The notes under the pieces were generated by a model that did not search any database, was not told where the DNA came from, and saw only the letters and a list, made by a program, of their open reading frames with translations. From contig NW_005434609.1 in NCBI RefSeq assembly GCF_000315625.1, forward strand, positions 419,503 through 476,957: a stretch of 57,455 bases of DNA, in the 5' to 3' direction. Below are positions 21,617-34,800 of this stretch, piece by piece. Every line of letters starts with the position of its first letter. Within the stretch, counting starts at the first letter, position 1. This stretch comes from Guillardia theta CCMP2712 (lineage: Eukaryota > Protista > Cryptophyta). Both the position numbers and the translations under genes were made by a program.

Positions 21617-23480
21617 ATGGCAGGGTTGCGGCTGTTGTTGCTCATGTAAGCTTCACAGTCTGAAAGCAGCAAGTGCTCCTCGTCCTAGTTCCTCTGTCTT
21701 CCCTTCCTCAAGTTGGTTTCCTGTCTCAGTCTTCAAACCTGCAGGCAGACTTTGCTGCTCGCATCTGCAGATTTCTGCGACGACTTTGACGGTGAGGGAT
21801 CGAATGGAGTGAGTCCGGCGTAACGAGGGTGCGGCAGTCAGTCAGCTTGATGGCTCAGACCCGCTTGACTACTGCAAGGTTTCGCTTCCTACACGCGCCT
21901 TGCATGGTTTCACGGTGAGAATTACCAGGCTCAGTTCATGATGGGACATCCTCCCAAAATTGGAACAGTTTGCCTTGCTCGCCCTCAGGATGCTTTCCCT
22001 ACCCAGGTGTGCCTCCTCGGCTTATCGTATTTTCAACTAATTTTAGCTCTATTCCATTCACACTTCTCTTCACTTGTAGGCTGCCTATGGCGAGGTAGAT
22101 GCCGGATGTGTTCAGAGAGAGATCGAGGCTCTCGCAGGTCTGCCTGATTCCGTCGTGACCTGCTTGTCCCTTGACTCCCCGCCTGATCTTGTCAGGCGAG
22201 AAAGATGGCAGCCTCAGAACTTATCTCATGTCCAACACCGGTATGTAGAAAGATCTATCACTCAGGAAGATCACGTTCTTCCTTCCAGTTCCCACCGTCA
22301 TCGGACCCAGTGGCAAGCTTTACATCACCGACCATCATCACTTGAGCAGAGCTTTGCTGCAGGTGAGGTTGTTTGTATACCTACATGTATGGTGACAGAT
22401 TGCTTTGCATCAGTCTTTCTTGCCATACGACAAGCCCTACATACACCGACTGCTCTACTTGTGCATTAACGAAGTAAGAATTCTCATGTCCCTTCGATTC
22501 CTCACGTGACCGGCTGCCGTCAACAGGACTTGAGCAAATATGATGAGCAAGGGTTTTGGGATGAGATGCAATCCAGGCAATTAGTATGGCTCTACGACAA
22601 TGAGGGCAACAACATCACAGTGGTACTCGTGATATGATTCTTAGTTGAGGTTTGTTTGACCTTGATCGCAACAGCATGACTTGCCACAATCCGTCAAGTA
22701 CTTGAAAGATGATCCTTATCGCACTTTAGCGATGTATGTTCGCCAGGTGAGCCTTTGTTTTTTGTTTTGAGAGGAATCGATCTTCTTGAGGTTTTGTTGA
22801 TCATTGACGCGTCAGTCATACGGTTTCATCAAGTGCGGCTCCAAGAGCGCAAATTCAAAGTTCCCGCAATGCGAGGGAGGTCAGTTTGTTCGACTTCTTT
22901 TTCCCTCTCGCCATCAGCGCAACTTGTCAGTGCTATTTGTGAATATGTTGGACAGGAAATGTGACAGCCAAGCCTTACATCGAGTTCAAGTGATCCTTCC
23001 TACCTCACCTCTCAACCCTCTCAAACTTTCTCATCAGATGGGCCAAACTCTATCGCGCGCAGTTTCCTCTTCCTGACATCTACGATCAGTCGGACCAAGT
23101 GACGTCACTGACTTTGCGGCTCCGACTTGACACGTCATGTAGGCTCAAGTTATTCAGCTGCAAAGCGTGTTGGGCCAGGCGATCACCATCTCTCTTGGTC
23201 AGTAGACGCTCCTCAAGCTCCCTTGTGCTCCTATACATGATGTCTGACAAGCTCTCGCAGACCCACGCAATGCCGGTCAAGAAGGTTTCAACCGTCTCGG
23301 CCCCAAGGTAGCGAGGGCGGGAAACATGCCAAGAGGCGTTAAGACTGTTTGCAGTCTGCCCAGCAGTGACTCTCGATGACCACGGATGTGTTGCGGAAGA
23401 CGACAAGAAGAAGAAGAAGAAGAAGAAGCAGGTGATGAAAGATCAGAGGAAAGCGTTGTTTTGTGACACATGCGTCAGTA
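21617..23480 (+). CDS. ParB/Srx-like putative nuclease (ParBc_2 / PF08857-like) with hydrophobic N-terminus; multi-exon
   Basis: Spliced pieces VPTVIGPSGKLYITDHHHLSRALL, GFWDEMQSRQLVWLYDNEG, LPQSVKYLKDDPYRTLA and PYIEFK-WAKLYR match the family pattern as I recall it. The 3' end is approximate. Confidence 0.75.
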
Positions 23481-23637
23481 CTTCATGGTTGAGGAAGAGA
23501 ATCTTTTCGAGAAGATTCAGTGAAGTCTTGCTGCTCGTTTGCTTGAGCTGTTCATGGTGTAGCTTCGTTCTGTTTTCTCTATGTCTCGAATTTCGTCTTC
23601 ACTCCCTGTCGCCCAGTCAGAGCAAACCAGTGACTCC

Positions 23638-25391
23638 TCAGCCTCTCGCCTGAAACCCAGGGCTTTGAAACCTCGAGGACCCGCCGGGACTGCGGAACCC
23701 TCCTCCCCTTGGGCTCATGTTGGACCGTCCAGGGCTCGCGAAGTCTTTCTTCTCCTGATCACTCTCGTCAACGCCTGTAATCTATCGCTTCTGCTGCCCT
23801 TACCATCGCATAGTCTACCCTCAGGATGCGACCCATCACCTGCCGCAGGCTCTCACTGCCTTTCTCCACCCCTCTCCTCATAGTCTGCTCCCTCTCCATC
23901 CCATCCCTCCTCTTCCTCTATTATCCCCATCTCCTCCATCCCTCCCCACCTTCGTTCCTCCCAGTGCCACAGCCTTCTCTGTGCTCTCGGTATCAAAGAA
24001 CTCGACGTGACTGCCATTGGAATGAGCACATGTCGCCGCCTCTCCCTCCTTCACCCGAAGCCTTTGAAGCGTCCCGTCTCTCTGTCCGTCGCCAACCGGA
24101 TGTTCTTGACCTCTCCGCATCTGCGAGACGCTCAGCAGGAGCCCAGCAGCTTGTCGTATCTTACGGCTCCATGACCTCTCGAAGTGCCTGCTCGTCGATA
24201 TCAAACGCCAAATTTCCGCAGAAGACGGTCGTGCATCCAGGCGGCTTCTCCTGCATCCAAGTCACTCGGACATCGTCCACGTTGACCGCCTGCCTTGGGT
24301 TGAAATGATTCTCTTGCTTGATGTGAAGGGCTTTCCGGTCCCGATCTCCTTCCTGCAGTCTTTGATACCGCGTAGTCCACGCGCAGCCTCCTTCCCATAA
24401 ACTGTTGACCTACAGCTAAATCAACACACCAGCTGGACTATCAGGTGGAAACCCACCTGAGAGAGCCACTGCCGATCGGACTGAGTCTGGATTTCTGAAC
24501 TGAACATGAGCGAAGCCTTTGAAGTCTCCCTGCGGATACTTGTCAGTCAGATGAAGCAGGCGGCTAAATTTACAGTCTCCTTATCCTCTCCCCATCGAAT
24601 TTCAACGATCTCTCCGCACTCATGCAAGACTTCCCTGTCAGTGGGTGAGCGAGAGGGACAAGACAATTGTCTGATGCCTCAGTGCTGCTTCATCGATCTC
24701 AAAGGGAAGGCCCCCAACGAAGACCGTGTCGCATCCCTAACGAGCCTGTGAGCACTACGAACAAGTTCTGCTCCGAAGTTACCGAGGGCGCTTGCGACTT
24801 CTTCACTTCGTTGACCTTCACCCACCTGTAGCTTGTCATCAGCAATGGCTGAGACGACTGCAATGAGTCAGTTCACCTCCCCAGAAGGTCTTGACCGCTC
24901 TTCTTCACGGCATTCTCCATTGCCTCTTTGGTAGCGAACGTGACATGTCCGTACCTGCCCATCGTCACAAGTAACACAAATTTTCAAGTCGTGCGGAACC
25001 CTTGGGGCCTTCCATCAGAACGAGTCTCGAGCTGCAGCTGCAGAGCGAGTGACCTTGCTATACTGAACGAGTCGACGTTACCGAGACTATGTCGCCACAG
25101 TCCGCAAAGAAGTTCCGAACATCGTCCTGAGGCGGAGAAGTGAGAGTCAGCAGATTCATAGCAAACATTCTCAAACACAAGGAGAAAGTTTTACCTCCGT
25201 TGCATCGTAAGACAGCCCACCAACAAACACTTTATGTTCTCCACCAACTGTCTGAAGGGCTAGTCAGTTCAAGTTTAAACTAAACATCCTGAACCTCGAT
25301 CTTCCGCTTCTTGTTGTCTACTTCGGGCTGCTCCACTTGCTCTTCAGGCCGATTTCGTTTCTTGGCGTCCAATGCAGACGGTCGCTCTTGA

Positions 25392-25426
<35 letters not shown>

Positions 25427-27416
25427 GGAGGAGGAGGAGGAGGATGTAGAAGATTCTTTCAATACGAGAGAGTCAGTTTGCACTATTGAGATTAGAAGGT
25501 CGTTTGACAATCAGAGTACCAGAGGAAGATCCAGAAGATGAGCTGCTGGACGAGTCTGACGAGTCTACATCAAGTCAGATTTAGAATGAGAAAAAAACCT
25601 TCCGACCTGAAGATGATTCATCAGATGAAGCTTCCCCTGCAGGAATCAGGAAATCAGGTGAACAAAGCAAGGCATAAAAAATCAATGTACCTTTTCCTAC
25701 TTTTGTATCCTCACTGGCTACCTTCTTGACCGGGGTTTTCGTTGGCGTCTTTGCCGGGGTTTTCGCTGGCGTCTTCGTCGGCGTCTTGCTTCCTGCCTTC
25801 CCTCCGCTGCCTGTCGCCTGTCCCTCCTGCTTGCCCTTGCCTTTCCCTGGTGTCGTCGTGACCTTGGCCGTGCTCGCAGCCTGTTGGGCCTCCTCGGACT
25901 CGTCGGACTCGTCTGAGCTGGACTCGTCGGACTCTTCTTCTTCCTCCTCCTCGGATTTCTCCTCGTCCTCGGACTCCTCCTCCTCCTCGGACTTCTCCTC
26001 CTCCTCCTCGGACTCCTCCTCTTCCTCCTCGGACTCCTCCTTTTTGGTTTCTACGATTCCTGCCGTACCCTTCCCCCCGGGCTTGGACGGGCTTGTCTTG
26101 GAGGGTGTCTTTGCCGGGCTTTTCGTTGGCGTCTTTGCCGGGGTTTTCGCTGGCGTCTTCGTCGGCGTCTTGCTTCCTGCCTTCCCTCCGCTGCCTGTCG
26201 CCTGTCCCTCCTGCTTGCCCTTGCCTTTCCCTGGTGTCGTCGTGACCTTGGCCGTGCTCGCAGCCTGTTGGGCCTCCTCGGACTCGTCGGACTCGTCTGA
26301 GCTGGACTCGTCGGACTCGTCTGAGCTGGACTCGTCGGACTCGTCTGAGCTGGACTCGTCGGACTCTTCTTCTTCCTCCTCCTCGGACTCCTCCTCCTCG
26401 GATTTCTCCTCGTCCTCGGACTCCTCCTCCTCCTCGGACTTCTCCTCCTCCTCCTCGGACTCCTCCTCCTCCTCGGACTCCTCCTTTTTGGTTTCTACGA
26501 TTCCTGCCGTACCCTTCCCCCCGGGCTTGGACGGGCTTGTCTTGGAGGGTGTCTTTGCCGGGGTTTTCGCTGGCGTCTTCGTCGGCGTCTTGCTTCCTGC
26601 CTTCCCTCCGCTGCCTGTCGCCTGTCCCTCCTGCTTGCCCTTGCCTTTCCCTGGTGTCGTCGTGACCTTGGCCGTGCTCGCAGCCTGTTGGGCCTCCTCG
26701 GACTCGTCGGACTCGTCTGAGCTGGACTCGTCGGACTCGTCTGAGCTGGACTCGTCGGAACCAGACTCATTCTCGTCTGACTGGTCGTCTGAGTCACTTG
26801 ATTGTTCGGAGTCTGAAGAATCTGTCTCAGCTTCCGAATCCTCAGTGTTATGGCGAGCATTCTTTCCCTTTTGGGAACTTTTCGAAGATGAGTTCACCGG
26901 ATTGCTCTTGGCTGCTGGTTTGCTGGGTTCCTTTCCATTCACCATGCCAGCAGGCTTCTGCTTACCTTCAGCCTTTGGTTTCGATGCTGATGTTCCTGCA
27001 GAGTTGCTAGGTGGAAGTTGAGGTTTTCCGAGCACGTTGGATTTCTTTCCTGGGGATTTTCCCTTGACAAGCTCTTTCTCGGCACTCTTTTTGCTATCTT
27101 TGCTATCCACACTTTTCAACGACTTCACATCGCCAACCTGCGGCTGTTTCCTCGCGGCTCCTCCTCTCAACGACAGACATCTCCTCCCTCCTCCCACGAG
27201 CGGCAACCATCGCTGAGGCCCATCAGGTGAACCATGCGACGTTTCGTGAAGAAGACCCATCCTCAAAGTCGTGAATGGTGTTGAAGACCGAGGTTTCATG
27301 ACGGCCCCATGCTCGATCCCGTCCATCTCCCTTGCATCTGCGTACAGCATGCTATGCGGCCTCGACAACCCGCTCACCGCGACCAAGACGAGCAATGATG
27401 GCATGGCAGTTGCCAT
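23638..27416 (-). CDS. Nucleolin/Nsr1/gar2-like protein (acidic-Ser and TPxK repeats, three RRMs, short RGG-like tail) with signal peptide and LRGG presequence
   Basis: Alternating SDESSSDE and KTPAKTP blocks. RRMs with VFCGNLAFDIDE, RETGRFKGFG-HVEF and GRRLRVDYA. Ends SPRGGGFRSPGG...ARG*. N-terminus MATAMPSLLVLVAVSGLS...CLSLRGG. Confidence 0.85.
25740..26760 (+). repeat. Coding tandem repeat, about 2.5-3 near-identical 384-420 bp units inside the nucleolin-like exon
   Basis: The unit beginning CTTTGCCGGGGTTTTCGC recurs at about 25749, 26132 and 26552. Confidence 0.95.
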
Positions 27417-27629
27417 TGCGCGAACTGGATGCAGGAGCCTCTTCGTGCTCGGGGCTTCTCTCTCTCCGTCTCCCTCCCTCCCTCCCTCCGCTTCTCTCCG
27501 CGTCGCCCTCTCCCCAAACAACATGCGTCTCAAAGGCGCCATGCCCCGTGCGCTGTTCGCAGAAGACAGCAAATCATTGACCCTTTTCAATTATTCCAGC
27601 ATCGTTTGCTGCCCTCCAGGACTCGGATC

Positions 27630-28600
27630 ATGGCCGGCAGGGGAGCCGTAATGGTCGTGGGAGCGCTGGTGCTGGGGTTGATAGAGGAAGGGCGCGGGTT
27701 CCCATGCTCGTTGAGGAGCTACTTGCATGTCGTAGGTGGATCCAGGCGTCATGTTCAGTCGCTGCATACTGCAAGACCGCCATTCAACTCGAAACGCGTG
27801 CATATCCTCGCTATGTTGCCCAAGTCCAACGGCGAAGTCCTTGCTGCCATAGAGGAGGAGGACGTCGGTTCGCTGAAGGAGCTCCTCGTGCAGGGAGTAG
27901 AGACGAACTTCTCAGATGAGTGGGGCACGACCGTCCTGCAGCTCGCCGTGAAGCAGGGGAATGTGGAGGTGCAGCTATTGCTCCATGTCGATGTTTGACC
28001 CGCTTACCAAACTCTTGCTGATGCAGGCAGTGAAGCTGCTACTGGAGCACGGAGCTGATCCCAATGTGGCATCATCGTCTGATTCGGAGACCACTCCCCT
28101 TCACACGGCGATCATCAAAGGGAACCCCGAGGTCGTGCTGAGTCTGATCCAACATGGCGCGGACTTGACGCGGCGAGATGAGTTCGGAATGACACCGAGA
28201 GAGCTTGCAATCAAACGAGGAGGAGCTGAGATCTGCAAGATGGTAAAAGAAGCGCATCGGCAGGAAGACGAGATCGAATCCTCTGCTCCAAGAGTGATGG
28301 AAACAAGGAAGATGTGGCAGGGCCCAGCAGACCATCAGGGTCAGAGCAAAGTATCCCAGGACACTGTGAAGCGGGTCCGCGAGGTGCTGATCTTTGTGAT
28401 CTTTGTGATGAGATGGAGGATGGAGCTCACTCTCCTTGTACTCGTTGCAGATGGCGGCGGATTGGGAAGCGTCCGAGTTAGGTAGGGATGGAGATGGAGG
28501 AAGTTTGGTAGAGCTAGTTGTTGACAGCGAGACCGGAGAGCAAACTTTCCGTCGGATTCCCTTGAAAGGAGGAGCTCAACATTTGTACGAAGACTTGTAG
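27630..28600 (+). CDS. Ankyrin-repeat protein with signal peptide and Phe (plastid-type presequence)
   Basis: DEWGTTVLQLAVKQGNVE-AVKLLLEHGADPN and TTPLHTAIIKGNPEVVLSLIQHGAD. N-terminus VMVVGALVLGLIEEGRG-F. Two short introns. Confidence 0.85.
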
Positions 28601-28964
28601 ATAAAATGTCATTCATAGATGTATCGAGTCACAGGCAATGCCATTCATATTGCACTGGCAAAGGAGGGCCAGTAAATCGGAGAGTGACCAACGCCAGTGA
28701 ATGAGAAACTTGCTGAGTCGGCAGCTGAGTTATGGCCCAGGGCCCTGGGGCGGTCTGAGCCAGCGGCTCGCACTCGAGTCGTGACCGTACTGTCAACCGT
28801 TCCGAAGTTCACTACTGTCAAACGGGCCGGATCAGATCAAGTTCCGAAGTTCCGTTTGCCGCGCCGCGTGCCGACAGTCACACTGTGAGCCCGGCGGGCA
28901 GCGGCCGGGCCGCAGAGCGGACTCTGGGGCGGACTCAGTCTGTTATTCGGTGAAGAGACACTGC

Positions 28965-29744
28965 ATGGCGAAGCGGGCGGCGGGGAGATGGGCTGGGGCC
29001 TCTGGGCTGATGGCGCTTCCTCTAGCGATAGCGATGTCATTGATCATCATCTTGTTACAGTCAAACTCGAGCAGAGAGGTGAGGAGAGGAGAAAGCATGG
29101 TGAAGGAAAGAAGGAACCACAGCTTCGTTGACGTCTTTCTGCTCAGGTTAGTTTGGCAGCTCGTGTAGCCAAGTCGGAACACAAGATGGTGAGCGCCGCT
29201 GAGCATGCCACGGAGAGCTTCGCTGATCATGATGTTACAACTGCGGTACTTGTACTGACGCTGTGATCCTTCCAACGTGTGATTGCTGTATAAGGTGCTG
29301 CGGGCTCAACAAGCCGCAAAGGCAAGATATCAGAAGATGATGGCCGCGGCTCTGCAGGTGACGAACGGAGAGATGAAAAAATGCACACATATCCAGGGAG
29401 ACAGTTGTCTTGTAGGCAGAGCAAGAAAGATAGACTCGAAAGACATTCTTGTCCGACAAATTGTATCTACAGCTGAACTTGGGTTTCAGGCAGAAGCTCG
29501 TGCACACAAGGAGGGTGAGGTAGCAACGGCAAAGGCCATGTCGTATCAGCAGAGTTTGGAAAAACGGATGCTTTTTGCAAGAAGAAGGCGGGATATGATG
29601 TAAACTCTCCACTGGCATGTCGATTTTTGTGATCATTTCTCCAGGGACGAGGCCCGCCAAATCAGGAAGGATCAGTACTTGGAATCGCGAATGAATCAAG
29701 AGCTTTCAAGGACATTAGGAAATCGTGTAATTTCCGGGCAGTAA
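28965..29744 (+). CDS. Hypothetical protein with N-terminal transmembrane anchor and helical domain; multi-exon
   Basis: LPLAIAMSLIIILL, followed by Ala/Arg/Gln-rich exons separated by ~50-nt introns. Confidence 0.5.
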
Positions 29745-29748
29745 ACTC

Positions 29749-31574
29749 TTAGCCTCCAATTCATTCTCAACCAAATCGCACTTGACGAAATTTTCCTCGG
29801 TGTCAAAATACTTCTTCACCTCCTCTGGTGAATAGTGTCGCACTGCTGCCGTCATGGTAGCCGTGGCGCCTCAGGTGGTCTCACGGCTGGCCAGCTTCAA
29901 GCTTGTTTTCAAACCCTCGATCTCGCGATCTTTCGTTTCGAGCTTGTCATAAAGGGAATCGATCAGTTGGTTTGACTTGCTCTTGATGTCCGCCTCGGAC
30001 TTGCTCGCTGCTTCTTTCATCGACTTGATCTGATCGTGCAACTTCCGTATGTTGTTGTTTGCCTGATGTGAATGTAAATTAGAGGAGTCAGAATGAGATA
30101 TTAGAAACCTCTTCAAGCTTCTCTTCGCAGCGAAAAGTGGCCTGTGCAGCCTCGAGCACATTATTTTTCTCCTTGTCTATCGCAATTCTGAGTTCTTTGA
30201 TGCATTCGTCCTTCTTCATGCAAGCTTTCTCGGACTCGCTCAGATTTGAAACCAATTCAGCGATCCGCTTCTCTAGCGAAATGATTTTCGTGTTGCTCAC
30301 TGAGCATTCTTTCTTCCATGTCTGCATGTCTTCTTGCAGCTTTCCGATTTCAGTGTCTCGCGACCTTCGCAAAGTCTCCAGTTCTTTCTTCGAGCTTTCT
30401 TGCGCTTCTTCGCACTGACGATTCACTTTTTCCAGAAGAGCAATCTTGTCGTGGAGTCCGTCAATGATCTTGTTTGCTTTCTGTTTGACGGCTTGTTCTA
30501 CCTCGGATATCTGTTTGTCTCGCGCTTGTATTTGCTCATGAAGGGAGCTGATGATTTTGTTTGCTTTTGTTGTCTTCTCTTCAACAGTTTTTTGAGCAGT
30601 TGCAACTCTGTCCTCTAATTCGTCGCGTAAGATTGTAATTCGCTTTCCAATCGCACGTCATTTACTGTCTGTCAGAAGTGAAGTCCCTTACCTTGTTTGC
30701 TTGCTGCAACTTGTCGTCCTGTTCCTTCTTGCTGTTTTCAACCCTTGAAATCTCTCCCTGGAGTTGCTTCACTTGATCCTGAATGTGTGTTTCAATAGAG
30801 ATGTGGATAAAAGTGGTGTAAAGAAAAAACCTGGAGCTCTGAGACAACGCAGTTTGCTTGAGCCTCTTTCTTTTGACTATTCTTCAGATCATCGTACAAT
30901 CTGCTACTGTTCTGCTGCTCCTTTTCAAGTTTCTCCATCAAAGAACCAATCATTTCATTTGCCTTTGTGATTCGTGCATTGCACTTGGTGATTGCGTCCT
31001 CCAATTCCCCGTTCTTCTTCTTCTCGTCAACCAGGAACTGTGCTTGGACTGACACTTCCTGCTCAAGATTCGTCACTTTCTCCGATGCTTCTTTCAGTCG
31101 CTGCTCAGCCAGCATCGCATAGTCTAGAGAGTCTGCCGTCTCATTCTTCTGTTTTGCTTCTGTTTGGGCTTTGGAAGTCTGAGTATTTTCGGCTGCAGCT
31201 CCAGGCATGACAAGTCACTGGATCCGGGAGCCTGCAAACACAAGGTCAGCATGGTACGAAACCAGTTCTCATCTCCCTCGTCTCCCTCGTCTCCCTCGTC
31301 TCCCTCGTCTCCCTCGTCTCCCCTCCTCGTCTTCCTCGTCTTCCTCGTCTTCCTCGTCTTCCTCGTCTTCCTCGTCTTCCTCGTCTTCCTCGTCTTCCTC
31401 GATTTCCTCGTCTTCTTCGTCTCCCTCACTATCCTTCACTCTTCGCAAAACATTCCTTTCCTCTGCGTCTGATCAGACTCTATTCTTGTCATTCTTGCCA
31501 TCCCCTTTTTTTCGATTGATGAGTCAAACCGAGTTCGCCTCAGAGTATTATTTGTTGCGAACTTGCCCTCCCCA

Positions 31575-31642
<68 letters not shown>

Positions 31643-31651
31643 TATTTACCA
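29749..31651 (-). CDS. Coiled-coil protein; multi-exon
   Basis: E/K/Q-rich heptad ORFs at 30792-31208, 30088-30426 and 29871-30161. Start uncertain. Confidence 0.6.
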
Positions 31652-31847
31652 TGTTATTTCTGCCAAGCCCTTCGACTCTCTTTGCAGGTCGCGAGCGCTT
31701 TACTCCCTGCACACATCAGTATGTGAATGGCTGTAAACAAGTACAGCCCCATTCACATTCATGTTAGCAAGTAGATCAGATTGGGAATTCCTTGCCAGAC
31801 TAGGGGCGTCATCATGAAGCTCTTGAAATATCATCGGTAGCACCACG

Positions 31848-34800
31848 ATGTGGGGCAAGGCTTCGCTCTTCTCCTCCTCCCATCGCCCGAAGCATCTCAA
31901 ACTTCGCAGTAAGATCAACCGAGCGAGAAGCATCGGGGACTATCCCAGTGCCCGAGAACTCTTGCGCAAGTATGCCAAGGAAGTGCCGAACTCAGGGTAC
32001 GAGCAGACAGTTCTAGCCGAGTGCATGCTGGATGCAGGAGGAGAAGCCGGTTTACAGCAGGCCCTCCATCACATCGACCTTGCCGGCAAACTTCACTGCG
32101 AGCCACAAGACCTTGTCGAGAACCGCATCCTCCGAGGAATCGTCGGCACATGTGCGGGTGATCATTCGGGCAGTCTGGTTTTCCTTGAGGGGTTGGAGGA
32201 AGCGACAGTCAGGATTTTTAACACACATGGAGCAGAGGAAGAAGACAGAGTTGAAACGTACTACCGCATGAGATTGTTTATATCCGCATATGCTGCAAAG
32301 CTGTCAGCGCTCCAGTCCTTGGGGAAAATTGAAGAAATAGAGGTTTGCTCAAGAGCACTTGTAGAATTCGTGCGATCAGAGCGGAAAAATCTGCTTGACA
32401 TTCTTGAAGAAGAAGACACGATAAAGGGCTGCCTCGACCACCTCATGCTGCTTCGGATGTTGCGAGGGGTTTTGATGCGACCATTCATGGTCAGTAGCGG
32501 TCGAGGAGAGATTTGTGAAATGATTGATTCGCTTGAGAGCGTCTTACTGTCTTGCCACTTCCAACTTGGTTCCTCCTTCCGACGGATAGTCCGAGCTTCT
32601 TTCACCAGACTTGTGTGCGCAGGCGCGTTGATGCAGCATGAAGCTGCTCCTTCGCGCGGCCTGTTGGTTGAGGGAGCTCAGAAGAAGAATCTGTCGAGAG
32701 CTGTTGAGCTTGCAGTCTCCATTGCGATGAAAGAAGACGATGCAGCTGAGGCAGACATGATGGACGAATGCAGCGATCATGATGTTGTGTCTGATGGACC
32801 TTCGCTGCTGCCTTGCCCTGTTGACGAGTTGGCCATGCTCACTTGCTCACTGGATGTTTTCTCAATGCTTTCTCGGCGGTTTCCCCACTTGTTTGTGTTG
32901 CTTGATGTCTTACTCTTCTGATATAGGTATGCCCGCCAAGCCTTGCTGAGCTCAAATGTGCCGAAACCTCTTGGCAATCATCAGTTCAGATTGCCCCATC
33001 AGTGTCGACTGTACTTCTGCTCGTTGTTGGCGTCCTCACGCTGTAAGGATTATGAATCGACGTTGAATGCCGTGCAATCATTCATCAGGACCTTGAAAAT
33101 GGAGAGTCTATCCTTGGAGCATGATCTCAGAGGCCATCCCGAGGTGCAAACAGAGGATCCCGAGGGGTTCAACTCAAAGAACAAGGTCAGGTTATTGATG
33201 TCGTCAGGAAAATATTTGTCTTCTTCGAACATCCGGGATTCAATGCAGGTCTATATCAGCAAGCTGATGTACGTGAAGGTGACACAGCTGCGTTGGAACG
33301 AGTTGTAGTTGTGACGATGATGTGACAGGCTTGCTATCACAGGCCACGAGACGTTGGTAAGGGGCTCGAAGTTGCTCGAGCGCTGCTGGAAGAAGGAGGA
33401 GCAGCAAGAGTGAAGGCACTGGAGGCTGTCGTGGTGGGGAACCTGCTCCGTCTGAAGCAAGGGATGCTGCCCTGCTCCAACGCTCCTGGGGGTTGCCTTG
33501 CGCATGTCGAGGAGAAGCGAAAAGTGTGTGGAGAGAGCGTGAAGCTGTTGGAAGAAGCGCAGGGGCTGGAGCCTATGGACGTCAAACTGCGCGTGCTCGA
33601 GGCGTTGGCGCTTGCCTTGTCTGATCAGGTGAGCTGAGAGAGATAGCCGGGGGGTGGGGGGGTGGGGGGGGGGAGGGTTGGAGGAAGAGGGTGAGAGGGA
33701 GAGAGAGAGGGAAAGAAGGGAGAGGGAGAGAACTTGAGAGAGGCAGAAGGAATGCGAGGATCGGAATGGAGGAGGAAAGAAACGGGAGAGAGGAGGGAGG
33801 GAGAGAGAGACATCTTGACACGTCAGTGCGAAGATGAAAAGGGCGGAAGAAGTTCTTACAGACTGTATGGGATGGATGGACGTAGAGGACAAGGAGTCGC
33901 TCTCTTTTGCTTGTCTGTTTGCCATGGTCTTGTGGTCCAACGGTTCATCTCTGCTCTGCTATCCTTCCCTCTTCTCTTCTCTCCTCTCCTCTCCTCTCCT
34001 CTCCTCTCCTCTTTGCTCTACTCCTCTACCCTACTCTACTACTCTTCTCTCCTCTCCTCTTCTCCGTTTGCTCCTCCTCACGTGAAGTATATCAGGGAAC
34101 GAGAAGCTCGCACTTGATGTTATGGATCAAGCGCTCGCGACACCTTCAGGTCTATCAATGTTTTGGCTCTTCTCGTCTCAGCTTCTATTAGCGGAAGCAC
34201 TCGGTCCTCTTGTTCTCTGGGCGCAGGTCCTGCATGTGAAGCTTCTGACCGCGAGCATGCAACGTCCTCAAGGTCAGAAGACGAGTGGAAGAGCCTGCGA
34301 ATGACATACGAATGACATACGAATGACCTGGGAGGCAGCACTCAAGCTTCTCTTCGATGTGATTCACCGAGCTAGCCGACAGGACCTTGTTCTCGCACGC
34401 GATTCCACCTCCTCCCAAGACGCGCTTGTCCACTTTCAGCGCCTTCTGCAGGACGTCGAGGCCGGGCGAGGAGGTTGCAACGTGCAGACAGCAGGGCTGT
34501 GGGTGGCGTGCGCTGAGACATACGTGCTGGAGAGAGAGCTTGAGCACGCGACTACCACCATCGCAATCGCAAAGAGGTTGTCGCCCTTCCTCCCAGACGT
34601 CGCTTTCCTTCAGGTAGGACGGGAGGAAGGCGTGCAGGAGCAGGTGACTTGGCTACTTTCAGGGGCTCATCGCGAAGGAGCTGGGGAAACCCGATGCAGC
34701 GCTTGAATATTTCAACAAGGTCTCCGTCACGTTCCCCTCGTCCTCGTCCTCGTCCTCTCGTCCCACTCATTTCATCCTCGCTGTCGCCCTCTCCCTTGCT

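Noticed and set aside
25726-27021. 431-aa plus-strand ORF
   Set aside because: Antisense shadow of the nucleolin-like repeat exon.
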